This document shows, in pieces, positions 28,316 to 37,270 of a stretch of DNA of 64,000 nucleotides (its first letter is position 1; each line of letters opens with the position of its first letter). Both the position numbers and the translations under genes were made by a program. Origin of the DNA: Bdellovibrionota bacterium (GTDB lineage Bacteria > Bdellovibrionota_C > UBA2361 > JBGSMV01); contig JBIKWF010000004.1 in the NCBI GenBank assembly GCA_044356455.1, positions 31,648-95,647 on the forward strand, in the 5' to 3' direction. The notes under the pieces are model-generated. The model searched no databases. It worked only from the letters and a program-made list of their open reading frames with translations, and was not told the origin of the DNA.

Positions 28316-30715
28316 ATGAGTGAAGCAGCGTCATCCTCTGTGTCTTTCTCTGGAGGGGGCTTAGATCACGTTGAGGTAGCTGTTATCGGTGCAGGTCCCG
28401 CTGGGCTTGGCGCAGCTACCAACGCAGCCCACCACAAGCTTTCGCATGTGCTGATCGAGCGCAGGGAGCTTGGTAATACCGTGTTTGATTATCAGCTTGG
28501 AAAGCTGGTAATGGCGGAGCCCGCCAAACTACCTCTTCGTTCTCATGTTCCTTTTAAACAAGGAAGCCGAGAAGAGATTCTCGAGGGCTGGGCAAAGGCC
28601 GTTCAGGGCCTTGGTGTGAATGTCGTGCGCGCCGAGGTTACTAAAATTGAGCGTAAGGACGATAAATTCTACATTACGACGAACGGCGGCTCACTTACGG
28701 CGACGAACGTTGTTCTCGCTATTGGTGTTCAGGGGACTCCCCGAAAATTGGGCGTGCCTGGTGAGGACTTGCCCCACGTTGCCTACACGCTTGCCGATCC
28801 CGGCGCGTTTAAGGGCTATGACGTCATGGTGGTTGGCGCGGGTGATGCGGCGATTGAGAACGCCCTGGCACTTGCTGATAAAAATACCGTCTCTCTTCTT
28901 AACCGCGGCGCGGAGTTCCCTAGAGCGAAGGAGGCAAATGGCGCCAAAATAATGGACGCCATACGCGCAGGGAAAGTCCGTCATTTTATGAACTCCTCGG
29001 TAGCGAGAGTTGAAAGTGACGTTGCCTACATTGACACCCCGGACGGCGAAGTTGCTCTTAAGTGCAATCATATTATCGCTCGCCTAGGCGGAATTCTTCC
29101 GCGAGGCTTTCTCGAAGGGATTGGAATTCAGTTCTCGAGCAAAGATCCCAACGCGGTTCCCATTGTTAATGGGCGCTACGAGTCGAGTGTTCCTAACCTT
29201 TTCGTTTTGGGCGCGCTCATTGGTTACCCGCTCATTAAGCACGCGATTAACCAGGGACATGAAGTTATCGAGCACATACTCGGTAATAAGGTAGAGCCCG
29301 CCGATCAGGTGCTCATCGACGAGAAGCTCAAAGTTCTTCCCGGATCACCGAACGACAATCTCGCGATGATGCGAGCCAAGCTTCCTCTCTTTAAAGATCT
29401 CTCCGATGCGCAGTTCCGCGAGCTTGTGATTGACTCGACCGTTCATCAGCTTGCGCCAGGTTCTGTGGTATTTAAGCGCAACGATTACACCGACAGCTTC
29501 TTTAGCATTGTGTCGGGAGAGGTAACTGTTCAGATTTCTCCTGAGCGCGGCATCCCAATTGGTGAAAGCAATTTCTTCGGAGAAATGGGACTTCTCTCGG
29601 GACGAAGGCGTGTTGCGACGATTGTTGTTTCTAAATCAGCGGTACTGCTTGAGTCTCCTCGAAAACAGCTTCTTAAGCTTACCAACTCTGTCCCTAGCGT
29701 AAAACGCTCGCTTGACGAAGTTTTCATGCTGCGCGCGCTTGAGACTTCTGTATTTCCCGATGCAGATCCGGCTTTCTTGCGTGAGCTCGTCAAGAAGGCC
29801 CGCATGAAGAACTTCAAGAAGGGCGACGTGCTCTTTAAAGAAGGTGATATTGGCGATGTGCTTTACGTGATCCGAAAGGGTTCACTTAAGGTCTCGCGCA
29901 AGAATAAGCGTGGGGCGGATGTCACCCAGACGTACGTACCGGCCGGGCACATTGTAGGTGAAATGGCGCTGCTTTCAGCCGCAGATGCTCCGCGCTCCGC
30001 CACGGTTACCGCGGCGGTTGCCTGTGAGACCATTATCTTAGGCAAGGAAGAATTCCTGCATTTACTTGATGAGAACCCCCGCGTTCGTAAGCGCGTAGAG
30101 GAACTTGCGCGCATGCGCCAAGTAGAGAACGTGGTGTCTGAAAAGGGTGAGCAGACCGGACAGCTGCTCGACTTCATGATGACCGAAGGCGTCACGGACG
30201 CTGACAATATCTTGCTTATCGATTCTGACCTCTGCGTAGGGTGTGATAACTGCGAGAAGGCCTGTGAGGCTACTCATCATGGATTCAGCCGATTGGATCG
30301 TAAAGGAGGCAAGTCGCTCGCAAATATCCAAATTCCTATCTCCTGCAGGCATTGCGAGAACCCTTTGTGCATGACCGATTGTCCACCGGATGCGCTAACA
30401 CGCCTTCCTGACGGAGAGGTCATTATTCGAGACTCCTGTATCGGGTGTGGCAACTGTGTGCGGAGTTGCCCGTACGGGGTAATTCAGCTGGTACATGATC
30501 ATCCCGATCATGGCGGATTCTCTTTGCTTAGGCTTTTTGGGCTTGGCAAAAAATCTACTGAAGAAGGCCCTGCAAAGGCAGCGAAGTGCGATCAATGTGA
30601 ATCGCTTAAAGGTGGGCCTGCCTGTGTGCGTGCATGTCCAACGGGCGCCGCTATGCGCGTGAACCCACGGCGACTTCTAGAGCTCGTGGGTAAGAATCGT
30701 GGGAAGGAGGGCTGA
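28316..30715 (+). CDS. FAD/NAD(P)H oxidoreductase (TrxB/YpdA-like) fused to two cNMP-binding domains and a 4x[4Fe-4S] DmsB/NrfC-like domain
   Basis: VIGAGPAG, VVGAGDAA; FFGEMGLL...RVATI and VGEMALL...PRSATV; CVGCDNCEKAC, CRHCENPLCMTDCP, CIGCGNCVRSCP, CDQC...ACVRACP. Confidence 0.92.
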   Translation: MSEAASSSVSFSGGGLDHVEVAVIGAGPAGLGAATNAAHHKLSHVLIERRELGNTVFDYQLGKLVMAEPAKLPLRSHVPFKQGSREEILEGWAKAVQGLGVNVVRAEVTKIERKDDKFYITTNGGSLTATNVVLAIGVQGTPRKLGVPGEDLPHVAYTLADPGAFKGYDVMVVGAGDAAIENALALADKNTVSLLNRGAEFPRAKEANGAKIMDAIRAGKVRHFMNSSVARVESDVAYIDTPDGEVALKCNHIIARLGGILPRGFLEGIGIQFSSKDPNAVPIVNGRYESSVPNLFVLGALIGYPLIKHAINQGHEVIEHILGNKVEPADQVLIDEKLKVLPGSPNDNLAMMRAKLPLFKDLSDAQFRELVIDSTVHQLAPGSVVFKRNDYTDSFFSIVSGEVTVQISPERGIPIGESNFFGEMGLLSGRRRVATIVVSKSAVLLESPRKQLLKLTNSVPSVKRSLDEVFMLRALETSVFPDADPAFLRELVKKARMKNFKKGDVLFKEGDIGDVLYVIRKGSLKVSRKNKRGADVTQTYVPAGHIVGEMALLSAADAPRSATVTAAVACETIILGKEEFLHLLDENPRVRKRVEELARMRQVENVVSEKGEQTGQLLDFMMTEGVTDADNILLIDSDLCVGCDNCEKACEATHHGFSRLDRKGGKSLANIQIPISCRHCENPLCMTDCPPDALTRLPDGEVIIRDSCIGCGNCVRSCPYGVIQLVHDHPDHGGFSLLRLFGLGKKSTEEGPAKAAKCDQCESLKGGPACVRACPTGAAMRVNPRRLLELVGKNRGKEG

Positions 30716-30721
30716 GCAGGC

Positions 30722-31549
30722 GTGTCGAACGAAACTTTTTTCAGCTATCGGGGTTATCGGTGGTTCTGGGCGAACGTAGGGCTCGTTGCGCTCTTGACCC
30801 TGATTTACTACTGGAACGACCCTCTCGGCGTTCCAAGTGGGGGCACCGTTTTCGGCTATACTGTCGGAGGTATAGCAACGGCGGGGATTCTCTACTTGAT
30901 GTGGTACGGAATTCGGAAGCGTTCTTACCATGCGCACACTACCACACTTAAAGGCTGTCTCTCTGCACACGTTTGGCATGGGCTCGCGCTCTCTTTCATT
31001 GTGCCGCTCCACGCGGGTTTCCAGTTTGGCTGGAACGTTCATACCTTGGCCTATGTGATTATGATGCTCGTCATTGCGAGTGGGCTATGGGGGGCCGTTA
31101 ATTACGGGAGCCTGGCGCCTAATATTCAGTCACACCGAGGCGGCGGAACGGTTAAGAATCTTGTCGAACAAATACATATCGCCGAGCAGAACATCGAGGC
31201 TCTGGGATCCTCTCGCAGTGACCATTTTATTGCATTTGGAAAATCGATTGATGCTCCCTTTCGGCCGAGCTTTTGGCCGATGGTACTTGGAGCCTCCGGT
31301 GGCGGAGCCCCTCTTAATGCCAACAAGGTAGGCGCTCTTATTGCCGAGCTGCCTCCTGAGGAGAAAGAGGAGGGAGTAAAGCTGGTAAAGCTCATAGAGA
31401 GAAAACGAGCCTTGATTGCTCAAGTGCATCGAGAAGTGCGTACCGTCGCGATGCTTAAACTTTGGCTGTACTTACATTTGCCGCTCTCTTTGGCGCTGGT
31501 CGCAGCATTGGCAGTGCATATTTTTTCTGTTTTCTTCTTTCGGGGTTAG
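30722..31549 (+). CDS. Integral membrane protein with His in TM segments (possible cytochrome b)
   Basis: About 5 hydrophobic segments; HVWHG, PLHAG, VHTLA, LYLHLP, VHIFS; 6 bp downstream of the oxidoreductase. Confidence 0.8.
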   Translation: MSNETFFSYRGYRWFWANVGLVALLTLIYYWNDPLGVPSGGTVFGYTVGGIATAGILYLMWYGIRKRSYHAHTTTLKGCLSAHVWHGLALSFIVPLHAGFQFGWNVHTLAYVIMMLVIASGLWGAVNYGSLAPNIQSHRGGGTVKNLVEQIHIAEQNIEALGSSRSDHFIAFGKSIDAPFRPSFWPMVLGASGGGAPLNANKVGALIAELPPEEKEEGVKLVKLIERKRALIAQVHREVRTVAMLKLWLYLHLPLSLALVAALAVHIFSVFFFRG

Positions 31550-31555
31550 TGGCAG

Positions 31556-33340
31556 ATGAAGCTTACCGTCACGATAGAAACGATTAGTCCGAATGGCACG
31601 CGCGATGTGCATTCGGAGGTAGTCGAAAAGGATACCATAATCCTTGGCCGTGGCGCGGGCAGCGACATACGCTTGGATAGCCCGGCAGCAGCATTGGCGC
31701 ATGCACAGTTGTCGGTCGGCCCCTCAGGCCAAATAGTCATTGAAGACCTCGGGTCTTTGAGTGGCGTCCTGCTTAATGATGCGGCTATTACTCGGCAGGC
31801 TCTGCGCGTGGGGGACAAGCTTGTCCTTGCCGATGTGCAATTTCAGGTGCGCGCACGCCCCGACAGCCTTGAGCTCTATAGGGAGAAGCGTCTTGAGGAG
31901 AAGCTCGACCTGGACGCCAAGATCCGCCGGGATCTTATGGCAGTTCACGTGCCTAATCGTATCCCATCCTTCCTGCTTCTCTCCCTAATCTCTATTGCCG
32001 TCGTCTTACTTGGGTTCTTTGTGTGGCCGGTAGCTACGCCGCACAAAGGTAGCTGGTCTAGTGGCCCGATTGCGCCTCCGCATCAGATGGTGGGCCATGA
32101 TTGCACGGCATGTCATGACGGGAATTTCAAAACGATTTCCGATCAAAAATGTTTGTCTTGTCATCAGCTGACCGCGCATGCGGCACCTTTTTCTCACGGC
32201 GTTCTTACAACGGGGACCACCTCAGGTGGTGGGGGAACTGCTCCTATGAGCGCGTCTTCCAACTCTGGCGAGCCTTCATGTTCGAGCTGCCATATGGACC
32301 ACAATGGTCCGCACGGGATAATTGTGCGCCAAGCGGCTCTCTGTACCTCTTGTCACGCGAATATCGACACGTTCATGCAAGGGCTTGGTAAACAAACAAC
32401 TCTTCGGAACATTCCAAATTTTGATGGGCATCCACAATTTGCAGTTACGCTACAGCCTGAAATAGCAGGCGGTGTGGGCAGGCGTGTAAGTCTCGATGAG
32501 CCTGGGAAGCTTAAAGATGTTTCGAATATCAAGCTCAATCACAAAGTCCACTTGCAACCAAACCTGCGCACCAAAACTGGGCGGCGCACGATGCAGTGCG
32601 GAGACTGCCACGAGCTCTCTGAGAATTTCAGAACAATTAAGCCAATTGAATTCGAGAAGCATTGCCAAAGTTGCCACACTCTTGAATTCGACGAGCGTTT
32701 ACCCAAGCGCGAAGTTCCGCATGGCGACCCTGATGTCGTGTACCGCTTCCTCTATGCGGAGTACGCAAAACTTCTCTTAGGCTCCACTTCTGTCCCGTCG
32801 CCCACGCGCACCGAGTTCCAGCAGCGTGGCGGACGAATACCAGGGCGCACCTCCGCCGCTGAGGTTGAGGCGGCGAAGGCTCCGGATGATTTCTCTCGTT
32901 CCTTTGTTGAACAAGAAAGCCGGGGCGCGGAGAAAATTCTCTTCACCAAGACTGCTTGTTATCTGTGCCATAGCGTTGGCAACAACAAGACTCCCGTGCC
33001 AGACATTAAGGACAGAGCCCTTAGCTTCTTCACGATTTTGAAGCCTCAAATCCCCGACCGCTGGATGCCGAAATCTATCTTTAGTCACGGTGGACACGAG
33101 GAAGTGAGCTGCGACGACTGCCACTCCGGGGTGCGCCAGTCAGAATTCACTGCCGATGTGCTGCTTCCGAAGATTGAGAGCTGCCGTGACTGTCATGCGG
33201 AGATTTCCCGCACAGGGCATCCCGACAAGGGTAAGGTGAGTGGGGATTGTGTGACTTGCCACTCCTATCATGACTCTCGGCCGATTCCTCCTGAGAGAAA
33301 ACGCCCTGTGAAAGATATTATTTCAGATCTTAAACTTTGA
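31556..33340 (+). CDS. FHA domain - TM helix - decaheme cytochrome c
   Basis: FHA: ILGRG..SDIRL...HAQL...DLGS; TM FLLLSLISIAVVLLGFFVW; 10 CxxCH (CTACH, CLSCH, CSSCH, CTSCH, CGDCH, CQSCH, CYLCH, CDDCH, CRDCH, CVTCH). Confidence 0.92.
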   Translation: MKLTVTIETISPNGTRDVHSEVVEKDTIILGRGAGSDIRLDSPAAALAHAQLSVGPSGQIVIEDLGSLSGVLLNDAAITRQALRVGDKLVLADVQFQVRARPDSLELYREKRLEEKLDLDAKIRRDLMAVHVPNRIPSFLLLSLISIAVVLLGFFVWPVATPHKGSWSSGPIAPPHQMVGHDCTACHDGNFKTISDQKCLSCHQLTAHAAPFSHGVLTTGTTSGGGGTAPMSASSNSGEPSCSSCHMDHNGPHGIIVRQAALCTSCHANIDTFMQGLGKQTTLRNIPNFDGHPQFAVTLQPEIAGGVGRRVSLDEPGKLKDVSNIKLNHKVHLQPNLRTKTGRRTMQCGDCHELSENFRTIKPIEFEKHCQSCHTLEFDERLPKREVPHGDPDVVYRFLYAEYAKLLLGSTSVPSPTRTEFQQRGGRIPGRTSAAEVEAAKAPDDFSRSFVEQESRGAEKILFTKTACYLCHSVGNNKTPVPDIKDRALSFFTILKPQIPDRWMPKSIFSHGGHEEVSCDDCHSGVRQSEFTADVLLPKIESCRDCHAEISRTGHPDKGKVSGDCVTCHSYHDSRPIPPERKRPVKDIISDLKL

Positions 33341-35397
33341 TGAATTCACGAGTTGGAAAGGGACTCTCCATGGTTACCACTGGTAGGACAATTGGTTGGC
33401 GTTCACTAAGGCCCTTGCGCTCTCGGCCTTCTCTTCTTGCCCTGGGAGCGGGAGTGTTGGTAGTTGCGGCAGTGGGCGGTCTCTTGTCTGCGTGCTCGGG
33501 CGGCGGGGGAGGAGGAGGGGACGGCGGACGTCCTGAAGGGAGCTCGTCTGCTGATTTTGATTGTGACGGATCATGCGCTCATCAAAGTATCTCCGATGCA
33601 GAGGTACGAACGGTTCTCTCCCAGGCGGTGCGCGGGGCTCAGTCGCTCGGAGTGGCGGCTACCTTTGCGGTAGTAGATCGCGTAGGAAACGTACTCTCCG
33701 TGTATCGTATGGCCGGAGCGCCGGCCACCACCCGTATCGATGGCCAAGTGGGAGCGGTCGGAGGTCTCGAGGGCCTAGTGGTTCCCTCGACACTTGCTGC
33801 GATTTCGAAGGCGGGAACAGGCGCTTATCTCAGCAGCCAAGGCAACGCCTTTTCTACCCGCACTGCCAGTCAGATTGTTCAGGAGCATTTTAATCCCGGT
33901 GAGCGCAACCAGCCGGGGGGCCCACTCTTTGGTGTGCAGTTTTCTCAGTTGATGTGCGGAGATGTGACCGTGCGTAATTCCGACATCACCGATGGCAGAC
34001 CACTTGGCGGCAATAAGTTCTCCTTTGGAGGCTCAATTGGTCCCCGTCCTATGCCGCTAGGTCTTTCCGCCGATCCGGGTGGTATTCCTCTTTATAAGCA
34101 GGGGGATGTGGTAGGCGGGCTAGGAGTTGAGTTCGATGGCCTCTATCGATTGGACCGCGTGATAATTGATTTCGACAACGACCCGGAAGAGCGTATTGCA
34201 CTTTACGGTTCGCTTGGATTCGAGGCCCCCTCAGAACGCGTGGCGCCAAATATCAATGTGGGCAAGTCTCTTCGCTACACTGACATTTCTTACGATGACC
34301 TTGAGCCTCTTCCAGAAATAGCAGTCGAGCTTGCGGCGAGTGGTTTTGTCGCCATACCAGAATTCACTTCAGGCGTGGTGAGATCCGGAGTGCAATACGG
34401 GAGCGTTGCCTCTGGTATTGCGCTCACTACGCGCGCGGGAGTTCCTGCGGCAACACTGGTTAAGCCCGATGGTTCTCCACGTTACCCGACACGTTCCGCC
34501 GCTTCGCCGGGGGGCGCCGCGCTGTCTGCGAGCGAAGTTGATGCAATTCTCGATAGCGCCATCTTCACCGCCTTTCGAGCAAGAGCCGCTATTCGACGTC
34601 CCCTTGATGCGCCTGCCCAAGTTTCGATTTGGGTTGTCGATGATAAAGGGTCAGTGCTTGGTATGACACGCACTTCAGACGGTCCGATCTTCGGGGTCGA
34701 TGTAGCGCTTCAAAAAGCGCGTGCTGCTGCCCTTCTAAGCTCACGCGACGCAGGAGCCGCTCTTAGTGCTGCAGGGATGGGTAGTTACGTGAATGCAGCG
34801 GCGCAAGTACTAGGGGCTTCAACCTTGTCGAGCGGCACTGCTTTTGCAAATCGTTCAATTGGTAATCTTGCTCGCCCGTTTTTCCCCGATGGAATCGAAG
34901 GAAAACCAAACGGCCCCTTCTCACTTCCTTTCCCAGGTACCGTTTCTGGGGGAGCAACGTGGAGCCCGCTCAATGATGGGCTTCAGCTCGATCTTGTCTT
35001 TGGTGGGATTGCGACCGCGCTACAGCTCGCGCCGTCTGCTACGTTCCCCGCTTCGTGTACTTCCGCGAGTCTTGGTGGCCGCGCGGCGAATGGAATCCAG
35101 ATCTTCCCAGGTGCGGTGCCGCTCTACCGCGGCGCCACTCTGGTGGGAGCTATTGGAATCAGTGGTGACGGCGTGGATCAAGACGATCTCATTGCGTTCT
35201 ACGGAGTAAGTCGCCGTGGGCTTGATGCGGTGGGCCACCTTGGGGTTGGCGATCCGGTGCTTGGGTTTAATGCGCCTGTAGAAATGCGAGCTGACACCTT
35301 GGTCCTCTCGCAAGATAATTTAAGGCTTCGTTACGTAAATTGTCCTGAAGGCCCCTTCCGCGGCGATGATGATCAAAACGTGTGTGACGGATTGTGA
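33340..35397 (+). CDS. Lipoprotein with two GlcG/HbpS (DUF336) heme-binding domains
   Basis: Lipobox LLSAC then a Gly linker; AVVDRVGNVL...GGIPLYKQGDVVGGLGV and WVVDDKG...QKARAA...GAVPLYRGATLVGAIGISG; TGATG overlap with the upstream gene. Confidence 0.88.
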   Translation: MNSRVGKGLSMVTTGRTIGWRSLRPLRSRPSLLALGAGVLVVAAVGGLLSACSGGGGGGGDGGRPEGSSSADFDCDGSCAHQSISDAEVRTVLSQAVRGAQSLGVAATFAVVDRVGNVLSVYRMAGAPATTRIDGQVGAVGGLEGLVVPSTLAAISKAGTGAYLSSQGNAFSTRTASQIVQEHFNPGERNQPGGPLFGVQFSQLMCGDVTVRNSDITDGRPLGGNKFSFGGSIGPRPMPLGLSADPGGIPLYKQGDVVGGLGVEFDGLYRLDRVIIDFDNDPEERIALYGSLGFEAPSERVAPNINVGKSLRYTDISYDDLEPLPEIAVELAASGFVAIPEFTSGVVRSGVQYGSVASGIALTTRAGVPAATLVKPDGSPRYPTRSAASPGGAALSASEVDAILDSAIFTAFRARAAIRRPLDAPAQVSIWVVDDKGSVLGMTRTSDGPIFGVDVALQKARAAALLSSRDAGAALSAAGMGSYVNAAAQVLGASTLSSGTAFANRSIGNLARPFFPDGIEGKPNGPFSLPFPGTVSGGATWSPLNDGLQLDLVFGGIATALQLAPSATFPASCTSASLGGRAANGIQIFPGAVPLYRGATLVGAIGISGDGVDQDDLIAFYGVSRRGLDAVGHLGVGDPVLGFNAPVEMRADTLVLSQDNLRLRYVNCPEGPFRGDDDQNVCDGL

Positions 35398-37268
35398 GTA
35401 TGAAAAGATCGGCTCGAATAAGATCCGCAGCTTCTGGCGTAGCGCAGGCCACCTTTCTCACAGCGTTCATGGCGCTGGTTCCTGCACTTGTGCATGCCGA
35501 AGCAGTTCCTGGGGAGAATGCCTCGAAAGAGGAGAGCGCCGCCTCGGAGCCATCAACCTCTAAGGCGGGGGAGCCCGCTAAGGCTGAAGAAGTGTCAGCT
35601 CAGGGCTTGAAAGAATCCCCGATGCGCCAGCGCCCCGGAGAGGAACCCCGTCCTACGCGCTATTCACCTTTTCTTTTCGAATCAATCCCTGACATTAATT
35701 CTTCGGCCTCCGAATTTGTCCCTGTGCCCGATCGCTGGCGTCAGCTGTATGCCGGCAAATGGTACGACCCCTACAATCAGAATGTGCTTAAAGCTGATAT
35801 TCCCGTCTTTGGCACGCAGGCGCATCCTTGGTTTATTGAGCTCGGGCTGACATCAGATTCTCTCTTTGAAGGTAGAAACTTACCCACGCCGGTAGTTCCT
35901 TCATCGAGCAATAGCTCAGGGAGTACGGATACGTTCGGTCGAAGCGAGCAATTCGTCTATAACCAGAACTTTATTTTTCTCTTCTCGCTCTATCAAGGTA
36001 ATACCACCTTTAAGCCCCAGGATATTGAGTTCCGGTTCGTTCCTATTTTCAATGTGAACTACGCCGATATTGGGGAAGATGGATTGCTGCGGGTTGATGC
36101 AACCAAAGGCGATAGACGCTACGACAATCATTTTGGACCGCTTGAATTGTTCGCCGATATCCATATCGCGAACTTGACTGATAGATACGATTTCATTTCC
36201 ACTCGCATCGGTATCCAGCCTTTTAATTCTGACTTCCGGGGCTTCATCTACAACGTATCAGAACCTGGCGTGAGACTATTTGGAAACTGGAATAATAATA
36301 TCTGGCAATACAACTTGGCGTATTTTCGGCGTCTCGATAAGGACACAAACTCAGGAATCAACACCTGGTTTGAAGATCGTTACGAGGACGTGGTTATTGC
36401 CAACGTCTATCACCAGGATACTCCCGTTCTTGGGCATACCATTCAGGGCAGTATTATTTACCGCGCCGATCAAGCGGGTGAGCACCCCGATGATTACGAC
36501 AATAATGGTTTCCTCGTTCGCCCTGCGTCTATAGGTGATGAGAGGCCAAAGAATATCTATACCACCTACTTCGGTCTTACAGGGGACGGGCACATCGGCC
36601 GCGTCAATCTGACAGAAGCGCTCTACTATGTTCGGGGCTCGGAAAGTCACAATCCGATCGCAGGTCGTCAGGTAGACATCAATGCGGGGATGGCAGCAAT
36701 TGAAGCCTCGTATGACATTGATTGGGTTCGCGTGAGGACCTCGGCTTTTTGGGCATCGGGAGATAAGGATCCTTTTGATGGTGACGCTGAGGGCTTTGAT
36801 GCCATCTTTGATAATCCCAATTTTGCGGGTGGCGATATCTCTTTCTGGCAGCGTCAAGGAATTCCGTTCATTGGCGGCGGCATTGTCAACCTTGTGAATC
36901 GCAACAGCCTACTCGCGAATCTGCGTCCGGGGAAAGAAGAGGGGCAATCCAATTTTGTGAATCCGGGCGTGCGCTTGGTCAATGTGGGAGTTGATTTTGA
37001 ACTCACGCCCAAGCTGAAGCTCATCAATAACGTTTCCTATTTGCAGTTTGATAACACCTCTTCACTGGAGGCCTTGCGGCAAGATGGATCGGTGAGCCGA
37101 GATATTGGTTTCGATCTTTCCTCGGGCCTGCTCTATCGGCCCTTCCTCAATAACAACGTGCAATTTCGATTGGGAGGAGCAGTGCTTCTTCCCTCAGCGG
37201 GTACGAAAAACTTGTTCGGGAATGAGACGCTTTACAGCGCTTTCTCGAATATCATCCTGGTGTACTAA
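35394..37268 (+). CDS. Outer-membrane beta-barrel (porin-like) protein
   Basis: Signal peptide (LVHA); many amphipathic beta strands, aromatic- and Asn/Asp-rich; C-terminal aromatic residue (NIILVY); GTGA overlap with the upstream stop. Confidence 0.8.
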   Translation: MSMKRSARIRSAASGVAQATFLTAFMALVPALVHAEAVPGENASKEESAASEPSTSKAGEPAKAEEVSAQGLKESPMRQRPGEEPRPTRYSPFLFESIPDINSSASEFVPVPDRWRQLYAGKWYDPYNQNVLKADIPVFGTQAHPWFIELGLTSDSLFEGRNLPTPVVPSSSNSSGSTDTFGRSEQFVYNQNFIFLFSLYQGNTTFKPQDIEFRFVPIFNVNYADIGEDGLLRVDATKGDRRYDNHFGPLELFADIHIANLTDRYDFISTRIGIQPFNSDFRGFIYNVSEPGVRLFGNWNNNIWQYNLAYFRRLDKDTNSGINTWFEDRYEDVVIANVYHQDTPVLGHTIQGSIIYRADQAGEHPDDYDNNGFLVRPASIGDERPKNIYTTYFGLTGDGHIGRVNLTEALYYVRGSESHNPIAGRQVDINAGMAAIEASYDIDWVRVRTSAFWASGDKDPFDGDAEGFDAIFDNPNFAGGDISFWQRQGIPFIGGGIVNLVNRNSLLANLRPGKEEGQSNFVNPGVRLVNVGVDFELTPKLKLINNVSYLQFDNTSSLEALRQDGSVSRDIGFDLSSGLLYRPFLNNNVQFRLGGAVLLPSAGTKNLFGNETLYSAFSNIILVY

Positions 37269-37270
37269 CA

